Shown here: piece after piece, positions 7,559 to 18,492 of the stretch | Position numbering within the stretch: the stretch's first letter is position 1 | Layout of the letters: every line of letters starts with the position of its first letter | Assembly (NCBI GenBank): GCA_963830915.1 | Contig: CAWHOE010000064.1 | Span: 160,001 to 224,000 of the forward strand | Direction: 5' to 3' | DNA length: 64,000 bases | DNA from: a candidate division FCPU426 bacterium | Lineage (GTDB): Bacteria > Oederibacteriota > Muellerivitia > Muellerivitales > Muellerivitaceae | The notes under the pieces: generated by a model | The model's database searches: none | Seen by the model: only the letters and a program-made list of their open reading frames with translations | What the model was told of the DNA's origin: nothing | Translations under genes and position numbers: made by a program

Positions 7559-7571
7559 CGGAACCCGTCGG

Positions 7572-8021
7572 TCATTTGGACATCTGGGAGATGAGGTACT
7601 GGTTGATCTTTTCCAGGTCTTCCTGGTTGATGGCCATGGTCCGCACGCCCGCTCGGTGGATGACCCGGCCCATTTCCTTGAACGACTCGGTATGGACCAC
7701 TTCGGCCAGGAACTTCAGCACCGACTTGTATTTGGGAAGATGCAGGCCGATCTCCACCACCCCGCCCATGGGGAAGGGCTGTTCGCCCACCAGCGCCAAA
7801 CCGCCCATCGAGATGTCCTTGGTGACCGCGTGATAAAGGGAGGACGTCTTGGAAAGCTCGGGGAGCTGATCCACCGTGGTGTTCTTGTAGTTGGTATTCT
7901 CCAATATCTTCTTGGAGTCCTTGGGGTCCACCAGGCGGTAGTCGGCCTTCAAGGTGGCGACGACCCGCTCGAACTGACGTTTCTCGACCCAGCCTGATTT
8001 GGTGGCCATAAGTTCCCCCAT
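7572..8021 (-). CDS. PilZ-domain c-di-GMP-binding protein
   Basis: EKRQFERV (RxxxR) and DISMGG (DxSxxG) motifs. Confidence 0.85.
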   Translation of the reverse strand: MGELMATKSGWVEKRQFERVVATLKADYRLVDPKDSKKILENTNYKNTTVDQLPELSKTSSLYHAVTKDISMGGLALVGEQPFPMGGVVEIGLHLPKYKSVLKFLAEVVHTESFKEMGRVIHRAGVRTMAINQEDLEKINQYLISQMSK

Positions 8022-8150
8022 TCCCGTGAGCTTTATCTTTTTCTATTTTAGGCGATAAAGGGGGTTCCCATTTGGAATTTTGCCCCTATGTAAAAAGCGA
8101 ATGACCCGATTATGGCAGGAAAGACACCGCCGACTTCGCGGACTATCATT

Positions 8151-8368
8151 CCCCCTTTGAAAAAGGGGGTTAGGGGGTATTAGACATTTCCGATCTGTAC
8201 GACAAGGCTAACTCCCCCTTGATCCCCCTCTTTCATGCTGTTCCTCATATGAAATTAAAATAATGAGAACAGTATAGTGCTTTAGCACAGAGGGGGAAAA
8301 CGCTGTGCCTCACAAGAATTGAATAAATCACAAGCGCTTTGTACATAGATATGTGGATTTTTGTGAGG
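8151..8368. repeat. Intergenic REP-like nested inverted repeats
   Basis: CCCCCTTT-GAA-AAAGGGGG hairpin; TCCCCCTCT (8223)/AGAGGGGGA (8289) enclosing two further hairpins; CCTCACAA/TTGTGAGG pair. Confidence 0.55.
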
Positions 8369-8391
8369 AGATGGCCAAAAAAGCCCCGGTC

Positions 8392-9036
8392 TTACAGATA
8401 CTTCAATATCTTTCCCAGGTCCCGTCCGGTCAATTCCACATCGGCCAGGCCCTTGAGGAATCCGTCATGGTTCATGGCGATACGGAAACCGGCGATCTTG
8501 AAAACTTCCCGGTCCGAACGGCTGTCGCCCACCGCGACCGTGCGGGAAAGGGGGACGCCATGTTCCTTCGCCAACTTCCTGAGGAAAAGCGCCTTCTCGT
8601 GTTCCTGGTAAATTTTCATGCCCCGGCCCGTGATGACGCCCTTTTTGATCTCCAAGGTGGTACCCCGGACCTGGTCGAAGCCGTAACGCTCCTGGAAGAA
8701 CCTGGCCGAAAGCTCGTAACCCAGGGTGGAAAGGACCACGTAAAAGCCCCGCTTCTTCAGGGCCCGGACGGTCTTGCCGATATTGCGCATCTTGGGGATG
8801 GCCCCCAGGGCCTTTTCGATGTCCTTGAGCTTCCAGCCCTTCATGCGGCCCGTGACCTGGCGGGCCAGGGTGAGATGGTCTGTCTTGTCCGCCAGCCATT
8901 CCAGCTCCAGCTTCCTGAAAAAAGCCTCCTCGCCCATCTTTCGGAAGATGAAGCGGGTGGTGGAAACCCCATAGGTGAGGGTCCCATCAAGGTCGAAAAG
9001 GATGAGGCGGTCAGGTTTGGTGGAGGGTTTGGTCAT
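8392..9036 (-). CDS. HAD-superfamily phosphatase (phosphoserine phosphatase-like)
   Basis: FDLDGTL motif I, VGDSRSD motif IV. Confidence 0.85.
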   Translation of the reverse strand: MTKPSTKPDRLILFDLDGTLTYGVSTTRFIFRKMGEEAFFRKLELEWLADKTDHLTLARQVTGRMKGWKLKDIEKALGAIPKMRNIGKTVRALKKRGFYVVLSTLGYELSARFFQERYGFDQVRGTTLEIKKGVITGRGMKIYQEHEKALFLRKLAKEHGVPLSRTVAVGDSRSDREVFKIAGFRIAMNHDGFLKGLADVELTGRDLGKILKYL

Positions 9037-11160
9037 GGAGCGTTCCTTTGATCATTCCGCGCCGGGATCGCCAATTTCCTTTTAGCGTCCAATTGAGCCA
9101 AATATAATTTAGCCGGCGTGAGGTCCAATGACGAACTAGCGGCCTTTTGAAAATATGGCCGGGCATCAGCGGAATCTGCCTTCATCCATCAGCAAAACTC
9201 CCGCGGCCGTCAAGGCTTGAGGAAGCGGGTATCCCTTTTTTAGTCCCTCTTGGATGATCCCAAGGGCTTCCTGGTCGTTCCGGCAGGTCAATTTGGAAAA
9301 AAACAATTTTTCCATGACGCAGGACCCCAAAAAAGGGTCGCCCTCCGTCAAACTTCCGGCCTTGACCATGTCCCTGGCGATCAATCCCGGCTCGTCCCCT
9401 TTCAAGGCGTTCATGGCGCGGATCCGCAATCCATGGAAATAGTCCTCCAATTTGATCCATCGCCCCAAAGCCGGGCTGTTCTCCGGGGTGACCGGAATGA
9501 TCCCCAAGGTCAACCCTCCATAACGCCAGAAGATATCCTCCCCCAGATCTACCCACCGAGCCTGGGGAAAACGCTTCTCCAAAAAAGGACGGTAATGGAC
9601 ATTCACGAACACCGCCGCCCACTTGGCTTCCGGCGCGGCGGAACCCAATTCCAGGCGATCGAAAGGTTGGACCGCGACATCCAGGGTTTCATCCCATAAA
9701 TTGGGCCGCAAGTTCAAGAAAATTTCGCCGGGGCCTGACCGCGCGTTCTGGTCCCTCAAGACGCCATAGGCTTTCGAAAATACGTCCGCCTGCGGGGAAT
9801 CGTTCATGAACATCCGGCTGAGATTCCTGGCGTCCAACGAGAAGGAAAGGATGAGGACCGCCCCCACGATCCACCACCTTCCTTGGGTCGGCAGCCGGGC
9901 GGCCAGCGTCACCGCGCCCAGAACAATGACCATCAAAAGCAACGGCAGGGTCTGTAAGATCCTAAAAACATCGAAATCCTTCGTGAGAAACCCTGGGAGG
10001 AATAACAACACCAAGCCTAAAACCAGCCAGCGGACGAAGGGTTCGCTTCTTCTTCTCCAGCATTCCAACAGGCCCAGGAAAAAGAAGGAACCCAGAAGGG
10101 GGTTCAGCATCCCGCCCCAAGCCGGGCCGTAACTGCCTCCCTGGTCCCTGCCCCAAAACAGACAACTCATATAGGAAAAAGAATTCAGGAAACGGGAGAG
10201 AGGTTCGTTCCCCCAATCGCCCAAAAGGAACTTTATATGGGCTCCGTTCCCTTCCCTCAACGAAACCAGCATAAAGAATCCAAGGAAAACCAAGACCGGG
10301 ATCAAAAACATGATCTTCGATCCCCATTCCCCTGGATGTTTTGAGGCGATCCCGGATAAAACCGCGATCCCGACCACCAGCGCCACCACTCCCCAGGGAA
10401 TGGCGATGAAAAAACCGATCCCGATGGCCAAACCTAATAGCGCAGCCGCTTGTTTCCTCCGCTTTTCATCCCGTGCCTCGGCCCATTCCGCGAGGAGGAA
10501 CAAGGTCAGGAATTCCCAGGCCATGAACAGGGTCAAACTTAAGCAAAAAAATCCAGCGTACAAAGGCCAAAGTCCCAACGCCGTGAACGAAAGGAAAAAG
10601 AAAGCGAACGAACCGGAAAATATCTTCCGGACCCCGAAAAAGGCCAGAAATAGACACACTAACCCGACAATGAATGGGACCAGACGCATGGTGAAAATCG
10701 AGGCGGGGACCAGCTTGAAAAACATGGCCAAGAGCCAATAAAAAACCGGGGGGATCTGAACCTGGCTGAAAAAAAAGCGCCACTCCCATCGACGGGAAAG
10801 ATCCAGCGCGTAAGTGGCCCCAAGAGCGTCATCCAAAGCCGGCCATCGGTTCATAAGATCCTGAAGATAATAAACCCGTACCAGGATACCGATCAAAAGC
10901 ACCACCCCAAGCGGCTTGGAAAAAGAGCCCCCGAGGAACTCTTCCCGATAGAAAGGGGTACCATCGGCTTGGGGTTTTCTCGACTCGATCCCGGCCAGGA
11001 TCAGTGGAAGTACCAGACCCATGAGGCCAATGGTCAGTTTTGGGATGAGCCCCAATGGGAAGTAGGACAAAAGGATGTTGGAGATCAGGAAAAGCAGGAA
11101 ACAAAGCGAAGGGTTGAGACGGACCTGATCTTTAAATACCCGTGAAAAGGATGGGTTCAT
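9033..11160 (-). CDS. GT-C/ArnT-PMT-like multi-TM glycosyltransferase with a TPR-like C-terminus; one-base frameshift near 9170
   Basis: Many TM helices, WPALDD acidic loop; the alternate frame after GRF continues ADARPYFQKAA... to a TGA overlapping the next ATG (9033-9036). Confidence 0.7.
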
Positions 11161-11275
11161 GCCTGGGATTCTAACATACTCCCATAGTTCCACCCATGTC
11201 CGCCGGGCCCCCCCAAAAAAAGGGGCCAAGAAAAGATGGATTTTCTTAGCCCCTGTTTCAAACGAAGGTTTCAGC

Positions 11276-12535
11276 TCAGCCCATGTTCCCGATGACGGCG
11301 GTGGCGAACTCGGAGCACTTCACCTCTTTCGCCCCCTCGGTCAAACGCGCGAAGTCGTAAGTGACGACCTTTTGCCCGATGGTCTTGTCCAGCGATTTCA
11401 CGATGAGCTCGGCCGCCTCTTTCCAACCCATGTACTCGAACATCATGACGCCCGACAGCACCACCGAGCCCGGGTTCACCTTGTCCAGGTTGGCGTACTT
11501 GGGGGCCGTGCCGTGGGTCGCCTCGAAGATGGCGTGGCCCGAGACGTAGTTGATGTTGCCTCCGGGAGCGATGCCGATGCCCCCGACCTGGGCAGCCAGG
11601 GCGTCCGACAGGTAGTCGCCGTTCAGGTTCAAGGTCGCGATGACGTCGAACTCGTCCGGACGGGTCAGGACCTGCTGAAGGGTGATGTCGGCGATGGAGT
11701 CCTTGATGACCAGGCCGGCCCCGGGCTTGCCCTCGGGGATCTTGCACCACGGCCCGCCGTCCAGCTCCACCGCGCCGAATTCCTTCTTGGCCAAGGCGTA
11801 GCCCCAGTCACGGAAGGCCCCTTCCGTGTACTTCATGATGTTGCCCTTGTGGACGAAATTGACGCTCTTGCGTTTCTCGCGGATGGCGTACTGGATGGCG
11901 GCCCGCACCAGCCGCTCGGTGCCTTCCCGGGAAACGGGCTTGATGCCGATGCCGGAGGTCTGGGGGAAACGGATCTTCTTGACCCCCATCTCTTTCTGGA
12001 GGAAGTCGATGATCTTTTTCGCCTCGGGCGATTCGGCGGCCCACTCGATGCCGGCGTAGATATCCTCAGTATTCTCCCGGAAGATCACCATGTCCACTTT
12101 TTCCGGGCGCTTGACCGGCGAGGGGACGCCCTGGAAATAACGGACCGGGCGCAGGCAGACGTAAAGGTCCAACAGCTGGCGCAGGGCCACGTTGAGGGAG
12201 CGGATGCCGCCGCCCACGGGGGTCGTCAGGGGGCCCTTGATGCCCACCAGGTATTCCTTGAAGGCCTCGACGGTGTCGTCGGGCAGCCAGTTCTGGAACT
12301 TGTCGAAGGCCGTCTGGCCGGCGAAAACCTCGAACCAGGAGATCTTCCTTTTTCCGCCGTAGGCTTTCTGCACCGCCGCGTCGAATACTCGCACCGAGGC
12401 GCGCCAAATATCCGGGCCCGTCCCGTCTCCCTCGATGAAAGGCATGATCGGATGATCGGGTACTTTCAATATCCCATTGTTAATGGTGATCTTTTCGCCC
12501 GAGGGCGGTTTCACATTCTGGTAGGTGTATGACAC
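11276..12535 (-). CDS. icd: NADP-dependent isocitrate dehydrogenase
   Basis: [47 protein letters not shown]. Confidence 0.97.
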   Translation of the reverse strand: MSYTYQNVKPPSGEKITINNGILKVPDHPIMPFIEGDGTGPDIWRASVRVFDAAVQKAYGGKRKISWFEVFAGQTAFDKFQNWLPDDTVEAFKEYLVGIKGPLTTPVGGGIRSLNVALRQLLDLYVCLRPVRYFQGVPSPVKRPEKVDMVIFRENTEDIYAGIEWAAESPEAKKIIDFLQKEMGVKKIRFPQTSGIGIKPVSREGTERLVRAAIQYAIREKRKSVNFVHKGNIMKYTEGAFRDWGYALAKKEFGAVELDGGPWCKIPEGKPGAGLVIKDSIADITLQQVLTRPDEFDVIATLNLNGDYLSDALAAQVGGIGIAPGGNINYVSGHAIFEATHGTAPKYANLDKVNPGSVVLSGVMMFEYMGWKEAAELIVKSLDKTIGQKVVTYDFARLTEGAKEVKCSEFATAVIGNMG

Positions 12536-12747
12536 GAGGCTCCCCTTTCAAACATAATTTCCCCTCCGCCCGGCGGATCCTTTGGACCGGTCCCTGGAAA
12601 TGTCCTGGATTTTAAAGAGCTTTTCAAAGGACAAGGAACTGAGGAAAGGACTGCGCCCGCTCAAAAAACAAGGAGCGGAAAGACTTCCATATAAGGACGC
12701 AGTTTAAAGCGGGGCTGGGGGAGCGTCAAGAAAGGGAATAGAAAATC

Positions 12748-14055
12748 TCAGCTTTCGGACGGGGAAATGTTACGGAAATCCTTTGGTTTCAAACCATACC
12801 GGCGCATCTTGCGCTGAAGGGTCTTGAGGCTCAACCCGGCGAGTTCGGAAGCGTCCTTCAGACAGCCGTTCGTTTTCGTCAGGGCGTCCACCAGGTAAGC
12901 CTGTTCCGTGATGTTCATCAGGTCGCCCAGCCTGGCGGTCTGGGGCGGGGTAATGGCGATATCCAGTTTTTCGATCTCAGGACCTGTCGCCAACAGGCAG
13001 GCCCGCTCGATCTGGGATTCCAGCTCCCGGATATTCCCCGGCCAACCGTAGGTCATGAGCTGGCAAAGGGCTTCCTTCCCCAGTTTTTCCGCTGGGGAGC
13101 CGGTCAAGACCTTGAAGGTCTCGATGAAATGATGAGCGAGGAACGGCAGGTCCTGGCGTCTTTCCCGAAGGGCCGGGAGCCTCAAGAGATGGGAGGCGAA
13201 GCGGTTGTACAGGTCGAGCCGGAAAATTTCCTGCTGGACCATGCCGTACACATCCAGGGTGGTGGCGCCGATGACGCGGGGCCGGTCCTTGTCCCCCGAC
13301 CCGGCGAGCTTGGAGGCCAGGGTCTTCTGCCCCGTCTCGCCCAGACGGCAGATATCGTCCAGGTAGAGGGTTCCCCCTTGGGTTTTCTCCCAGGCCCCTC
13401 CCGCCCCGAACAACCCGTCCGAACTATCCCCGTTGGAACCGGCCACACAATGGAAAATGCGGAAGGGCCCGTTGGCCCGGGGACTGCGTTGATGCAGGGC
13501 CTTGGCGAAGGATTTCTTGCCAGTCCCTTTCTCGCCCTGGAGAAGCACGGGATGATCGTCATCGGACCATTGGGCCATCTGGTCGAAGACCAGGCCGAAG
13601 GCCTTGTCGCGGCTGGATATCTTACCCGCGGTCTGGGGCAGGGGGGCGCCTTTGGATATCTGGGTGATATCCTTCACCACTTCCACCGCGTACTCGACCT
13701 TCTTGTTGGCGCCGAAAATGGGAAAGACGGAGACCTGGAAATTGCGGGTGACACCCTTCTGGGCGAAGGTGGTGTAGCTGACCAGTTCCTCTCCCCGCTC
13801 GAAGACCTTGGTCATGTTGCAGAAGACGCATCTTTCCTTGAAGCCGTAAAAGGATTGGTAACAGGCCTTGCCCCGGACCTCGTTCAGGTCCATGTCCAGG
13901 TTCTTGCGGGACATCTCGTTGACGAAGACCACACGGTACTGCGGATCGATGATCTTCACCGACTCGGGCATACCATCCAGGACGCTTCTCAGGAAGGGGG
14001 CTTTGGTATAAAGGGCGGGAGGGCGGAAACGCCGGGGGCTCATAGGACCCGGCAT
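12748..14055 (-). CDS. PAS + sigma54-activator-type AAA+ + Fis HTH regulator lacking GAFTGA
   Basis: PAS N-terminus, GEKGTGK Walker A, WPGNIRELE, C-terminal HTH. Confidence 0.85.
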   Translation of the reverse strand: MPGPMSPRRFRPPALYTKAPFLRSVLDGMPESVKIIDPQYRVVFVNEMSRKNLDMDLNEVRGKACYQSFYGFKERCVFCNMTKVFERGEELVSYTTFAQKGVTRNFQVSVFPIFGANKKVEYAVEVVKDITQISKGAPLPQTAGKISSRDKAFGLVFDQMAQWSDDDHPVLLQGEKGTGKKSFAKALHQRSPRANGPFRIFHCVAGSNGDSSDGLFGAGGAWEKTQGGTLYLDDICRLGETGQKTLASKLAGSGDKDRPRVIGATTLDVYGMVQQEIFRLDLYNRFASHLLRLPALRERRQDLPFLAHHFIETFKVLTGSPAEKLGKEALCQLMTYGWPGNIRELESQIERACLLATGPEIEKLDIAITPPQTARLGDLMNITEQAYLVDALTKTNGCLKDASELAGLSLKTLQRKMRRYGLKPKDFRNISPSES

Positions 14056-14089
14056 GCCCTCTCGCGGATTGAACGGCTCAATGTCGACC

Positions 14090-14767
14090 TCAGTTTTTGG
14101 AGATCGAAGACGACTGGGTTCCCTGCGCCGGGGCGGCGTTCTCCGCCTTCTCGACGGCCGGGCCAGGAACGAAATGCTTCATGCGCTTCTTCATTTCCAA
14201 CAGGTCCTTGCGGATGACCGTGAGCTTCTCGGCCAATTCCTGCTCCTCGCCGAAGACCTCGATGGCCTTTTCCAACAGCTTGAGGGATTCCTGCTGAAGG
14301 GCGGACTCGCCCTGGACGATGGCGGAAAAGTCATGGCCCGCGTTGTCCACGGCCCCATCCAGGGTCAGGGTGACCGGGATGCCGGTCAGGTCGAACAGGG
14401 TCTTGACCAGGGTCTGGTAATGGCGTTGGGCCAGGGAAAGCATCTGCCAGACGGCCTTGATCGACTCCTCGTCGTCATGCCCCACATTGGAGGTGGCGGA
14501 AGCCAGGATCAAAACACGCTTGTAGGACACCTGGAGGATCTGGAAAAGGATCGCCGCTTTGCGAAGGGTGATCTTGCTGATGTGGGTCTTGTTATTGAGT
14601 AGGACCTTGACCTCGTTGAGCTTGGACTCGCATTGCTCGAGAAGCTCACGATTCGCCCTGGCGTCCCTGGGACTGATACGAAGGGCCCGGCTGGCGAGAT
14701 GCTGCACGTTCTGGCTCAAATACTCGACCGTTTCGATAAGCTGGAACAACGAAAAATAGAAATTCAT
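14090..14767 (-). CDS. Hypothetical helical protein
   Basis: 225-aa ORF with a GGGAGG RBS, co-oriented with the regulator. Confidence 0.7.
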   Translation of the reverse strand: MNFYFSLFQLIETVEYLSQNVQHLASRALRISPRDARANRELLEQCESKLNEVKVLLNNKTHISKITLRKAAILFQILQVSYKRVLILASATSNVGHDDEESIKAVWQMLSLAQRHYQTLVKTLFDLTGIPVTLTLDGAVDNAGHDFSAIVQGESALQQESLKLLEKAIEVFGEEQELAEKLTVIRKDLLEMKKRMKHFVPGPAVEKAENAAPAQGTQSSSISKN

Positions 14768-15111
14768 GACCTGCCTCCCCTAACTTTTAGACCTTACTTT
14801 TGAAGCATTGAAAGGCTTTGAATTGTAGGCTAAAAGCGATTGAGTGGAGTGTACCTCTTGTACCTGTCCAAGTACACAAAAAAATGCTGATATGCCGGGA
14901 AAACGTTGTAAATAAAGGGTAAATTCGATGTTACAAATTACTACCAGGTATTCTTTATAACCTTAAAAACGGTCATTATTGTCTTTTTAATGTCATAATT
15001 TTAACTACCATTTAACCCCCAAATCTTTTCGTTTTAAATACCCAGTCTGGACTTGAAACCCAAACCCTTTCGAACGAATGATGGGCCACCAAAAAAAACG
15101 CGAGGTCGACC

Positions 15112-15564
15112 ATGATCAAAGAAGGACAAAAAGCGCCGGACTTTATTTTGAACGACGACCAGGGGAAAAAAGTTTCCTTGAAGGACCTGAAGGGAAAAGA
15201 GATCGTGCTCTACTTCTATCCCAAGGACATGACCCCGGGATGCACCCAGGAAGCCTGCGACTTCCGCGATAACTGGGGAGCGGTCAAGAAGAAGGGCGCG
15301 GTGGTGCTGGGGGTCAGCGCCGACCCGGTGAAGAAGCACGAGGCCTTCAAGGAAAAATACGAACTTCCCTTCACGCTCCTTTCCGACGAGGACAAAGGGA
15401 TGCTGAAGAAATACGGCGTCTGGAAGAAGAAAAAATTCATGGGGCGGGAATTCATGGGCATCGTCCGTACCACCCTGATCATCGGCAAGGATGGAAAGAT
15501 CCGAAAGATATGGTCACCCGTGAGTGTCAAAGATCACGTCAAGGAAGTGCTGGAGAATCTCTAA
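15112..15564 (+). CDS. bcp: Thioredoxin-dependent peroxiredoxin Bcp
   Basis: YFYPKDMTPGCTQEACDFRD motif. Confidence 0.95.
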   Translation: MIKEGQKAPDFILNDDQGKKVSLKDLKGKEIVLYFYPKDMTPGCTQEACDFRDNWGAVKKKGAVVLGVSADPVKKHEAFKEKYELPFTLLSDEDKGMLKKYGVWKKKKFMGREFMGIVRTTLIIGKDGKIRKIWSPVSVKDHVKEVLENL

Positions 15565-15580
15565 AACCAAAAAGGCATTT

Positions 15581-15700
15581 AGCCACCGATTAACACAGAT
15601 AAACACTGATATTGAATATTTTGATCAAAAGTATCGGCATGATACCGGGCTCTTATATTTTTTTCCGGGAGTTCATCCTGTGTCTCTGTGCCTCTGTGCC
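15581..15700. repeat. Intergenic imperfect inverted repeat made of short tandem units
   Basis: CACCGAT-TAACACAGAT-AAACACTGAT facing CTGTGTCTCTGTGCCTCTGTG. Confidence 0.45.
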
Positions 15701-15792
15701 GATTAACCATAAAGAATCATTGAAATCGGTACTATACCGACCTCATACTCGATGTTTGGAATGTCGGCATGTGGTGAATTATTAGACGTTTC

Positions 15793-16131
15793 CTAATGAA
15801 TCTCTTTTTGAACCCGACGGCGGGGATCCTGTAGGGGGATGTAGTCGATCTCCACATCACCGGTCACCGAACATTGGCAGGCCAGCCGATAATTCCCCTT
15901 GGCCTGGGCCCTCTTCAGGGTCTGCGTTTCACGGTCCGAGGGTTCGGACAAGTTTTCCTGTCCCTTCAATACCTCGATGAGACAAGTGGTACACACCGCC
16001 CTCTCGCATCGGTACCGGATGGGCAGTTCGTAACGGAAGGTGGCGTCCACCAGGGTGTCGTCATGGTCCACCTGGCAGGACTGGCCCGTCCTGGGAAAAT
16101 GGATGTTTATCTTTGGGTCCGGCTCGGCCAT
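15793..16131 (-). CDS. 2Fe-2S ferredoxin
   Basis: CxxxxCxxC (CERAVCTTC) and RLACQC; ATG 16131 preferred. Confidence 0.9.
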   Translation of the reverse strand: MAEPDPKINIHFPRTGQSCQVDHDDTLVDATFRYELPIRYRCERAVCTTCLIEVLKGQENLSEPSDRETQTLKRAQAKGNYRLACQCSVTGDVEIDYIPLQDPRRRVQKEIH

Positions 16132-16243
16132 GGCCCCCCCTTTCAAGACCATGATAACCTTCACCATCCTAAAACCAACAGTTGAAATCCAAAAACCAGT
16201 TAAATGTTTTATTCCGATAAGAATTTTCAACTGTTCTCCGGTT

Positions 16244-16355
16244 CACCCAAAGGGCCATTCATCATTTCGGGATTTTTTATTGGATTTTCTTGGTGCCCTT
16301 GGTGCCCTTGCCCTTCGAGTGCCTCAGGGCCCTGAGTTTATCGAAGGGGTGGTTC
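16244..16355. repeat. Intergenic REP-like composite
   Basis: CTTGGTGCC tandem units followed by CCCTTCGA..CTCAGGGCCCTGAG..TCGAAGGG hairpin. Confidence 0.55.
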
Positions 16356-16403
16356 AATCGCCGTTTTTAGGTTTATTGATAAAAGGCCATCAAGCCCGGT
16401 ACA

Positions 16404-16940
16404 ATGGTCCCATTCCATATCGAGGTGGCTATGGCCTTCCTGCGTTTCATCCATCTGTTCACGTTCGTCTTTTGGTACGGTACCCTGCTTTATTTCACCT
16501 TTGTCCAGGCGCCCATCCTTCACAAAAACTTGCCGCGCGAATTATTCGGCCTGGTCCAGAGCAAGCTCTTCCCCGCCTATTACCTCATCAGTTACATTTG
16601 CGGCGCCCTATTGGTCGTCACCTATCACCTGCTTCATCCCCTCAAGGATTATGTCAGCCAGGACTGCGTGAAGATCACGGCCCTTTGCTTGATGCTGATT
16701 TTCTCCCTCGGGCAGGGTCTTTGGATCGGCCCCCAAGTCGCGGCCCTTCGCCTTTCCCGACTGGCGGCCGAGGAAGCGAAGAACACGGCGAAGAAAGAAG
16801 CCTTAGCTCTCGAGTTCAGGAAAGCCCACGGGATCTCCAGTCTTTTGAATCTCCTCACCATCCTCTCGGGCTTGGTCTATCTGATCTATTTGGCCCAGGA
16901 AACCAGGTCCCATTCCTTCTTCCATGATCTTTTCCAATGA
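16404..16940 (+). CDS. DUF4149/TMEM205-family membrane protein
   Basis: FVQAPILHKNLPRELFGLVQSKLFPAY and FRKAHGISSLLNL motifs. Confidence 0.8.
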   Translation: MVPFHIEVAMAFLRFIHLFTFVFWYGTLLYFTFVQAPILHKNLPRELFGLVQSKLFPAYYLISYICGALLVVTYHLLHPLKDYVSQDCVKITALCLMLIFSLGQGLWIGPQVAALRLSRLAAEEAKNTAKKEALALEFRKAHGISSLLNLLTILSGLVYLIYLAQETRSHSFFHDLFQ

Positions 16941-17851
16941 GGTTCGGGGCCTCCCCGGGAAATAACCGACCTTTCCTCGCGGTCCTATTCCTCCTTTCGC
17001 TCCCTGGCCTGTCCCGCGCCGTTGATTATCGGCAGGATTTCTACGCCCAGATGGCCCGTCACGATAGGTCCGCCATGGATCGGACCCTGAAGGATTGGAA
17101 AAACAAGAGGCCGGATGATGTGGAATGGCTCATCGCGAACGGCCATTATTTCCACGAGAAAGCCCGGTTATCCCCTAAAAAAAGCAAACCGATCGACCGG
17201 TCCGCCCAGGGGATCGTCCGAAGCCCTTCCTCGGACTTTCCCAAGGAGGAATTCAAATGGGACCCCAAATACCTGCGGCAGGCCGCCCAATCGTGGAATG
17301 AGGCCCTGGAACGGTCGCCTGAGAGGCTGGACCTGTCTTTTTCCCTGGCCGACCTTTATCTGGAAGGGAACAATTACGAGGCCCTCTACGGGACATTGCA
17401 GAAGACCCTGCAATACGCCGAAAAAAACCAGGCCAAGCTTCGCTGGACCAACGGAACGGACCTGACCGAACCGCCGTCGGCTTTCATCCCCTCGAAAACA
17501 CAGGCCTATATCTCCTATTACTTCGGGCCCCTGGAGGCGAAAAGCGCGGTCAAGGCCCTGCGGTTGGCCCGTTTGATCATGACCTATTACCCCGATAACG
17601 CTGATTCCTATAACTCGGTTGGGATTTATTATTCCATCAAGAAGGATTGGCCCAAGTCCTTGAAGTATTTGATCATCGCCAGCCGCAAGGAACCGGGCAA
17701 CAGCCTCTACCTATGCAACATCGGACAGACCTTGAGGTTGTTGAACAAGAAAAGGGAGGCCCGGATCTATTTCCAGAAGGTGTTGGAACTGAATAATGAT
17801 CCGGAAAACATGGCTGAGGCGAGGAAACAAATGGGGGAGATGAAAGACTAG
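16937..17851 (+). CDS. Secreted TPR-repeat protein
   Basis: Signal-like N-terminus; C-terminal TPR patterns (YPDNADSYNSVG; EARIYFQKVLELN). Confidence 0.75.
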   Translation: MRFGASPGNNRPFLAVLFLLSLPGLSRAVDYRQDFYAQMARHDRSAMDRTLKDWKNKRPDDVEWLIANGHYFHEKARLSPKKSKPIDRSAQGIVRSPSSDFPKEEFKWDPKYLRQAAQSWNEALERSPERLDLSFSLADLYLEGNNYEALYGTLQKTLQYAEKNQAKLRWTNGTDLTEPPSAFIPSKTQAYISYYFGPLEAKSAVKALRLARLIMTYYPDNADSYNSVGIYYSIKKDWPKSLKYLIIASRKEPGNSLYLCNIGQTLRLLNKKREARIYFQKVLELNNDPENMAEARKQMGEMKD

Positions 17852-18477
17852 CGGGCGGGATTTCCCTCGTTCCGCTTTTTTTCCCTCTCGATATATTCGT
17901 CCGCCGCCTTGAACGCGTGGACCGGCCCCGAGGAAAGGGCGTTCAGGTCGTTCGTCTTGCCGATCCCGCCGTAGAATTCCATCAAACCGGCCAGCGTGAG
18001 GATCAGATAGAACAGGGAGGGCTCTCCCAGGTTTCGGATGAGATATTGAAGGAAGAATAGGATCGAGGCGGGATAAAAATGCCCCTCCTCGCCGACCGGC
18101 AGGACCAGGTCGACCGAACGGCCGTCCTCGTTCTGGATCAATCGCAGGGTCATCGAGTATTCGGAAGCCTGGGGTTCCTCGGCCAGCAGGTCCTGGCCCT
18201 TGGCCGTGATGGTCGGCCGTTTCAAACCCTGGGGGGTGACCGTGTCGCCCATGGCCTGTTGGATGAATTGGAGGAGGAGGGGAGCTTGCTTGTTCTCTCC
18301 CAAAAGGAAAAGCACCCTGGTCAGGGAGAGAATGAAGACCTGGATCAGGTCCCGTTCCCTCGAGAGGGGGTTCTCCTCGGGGCTTTGATAGCCCACGAAG
18401 GCCCGGAACCGGCCCTCGAAGGCGATCCTGGCCACGCCGATCTCTTTTTTGATCCCTTCAGAGGTCATATTCACCAC
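17848..18477 (-). CDS. Hypothetical protein
   Basis: 209-aa ORF directly downstream of moeB. Confidence 0.65.
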   Translation of the reverse strand: MVNMTSEGIKKEIGVARIAFEGRFRAFVGYQSPEENPLSRERDLIQVFILSLTRVLFLLGENKQAPLLLQFIQQAMGDTVTPQGLKRPTITAKGQDLLAEEPQASEYSMTLRLIQNEDGRSVDLVLPVGEEGHFYPASILFFLQYLIRNLGEPSLFYLILTLAGLMEFYGGIGKTNDLNALSSGPVHAFKAADEYIEREKKRNEGNPAR

Positions 18478-18492
18478 GGTATGGAATGGCGA

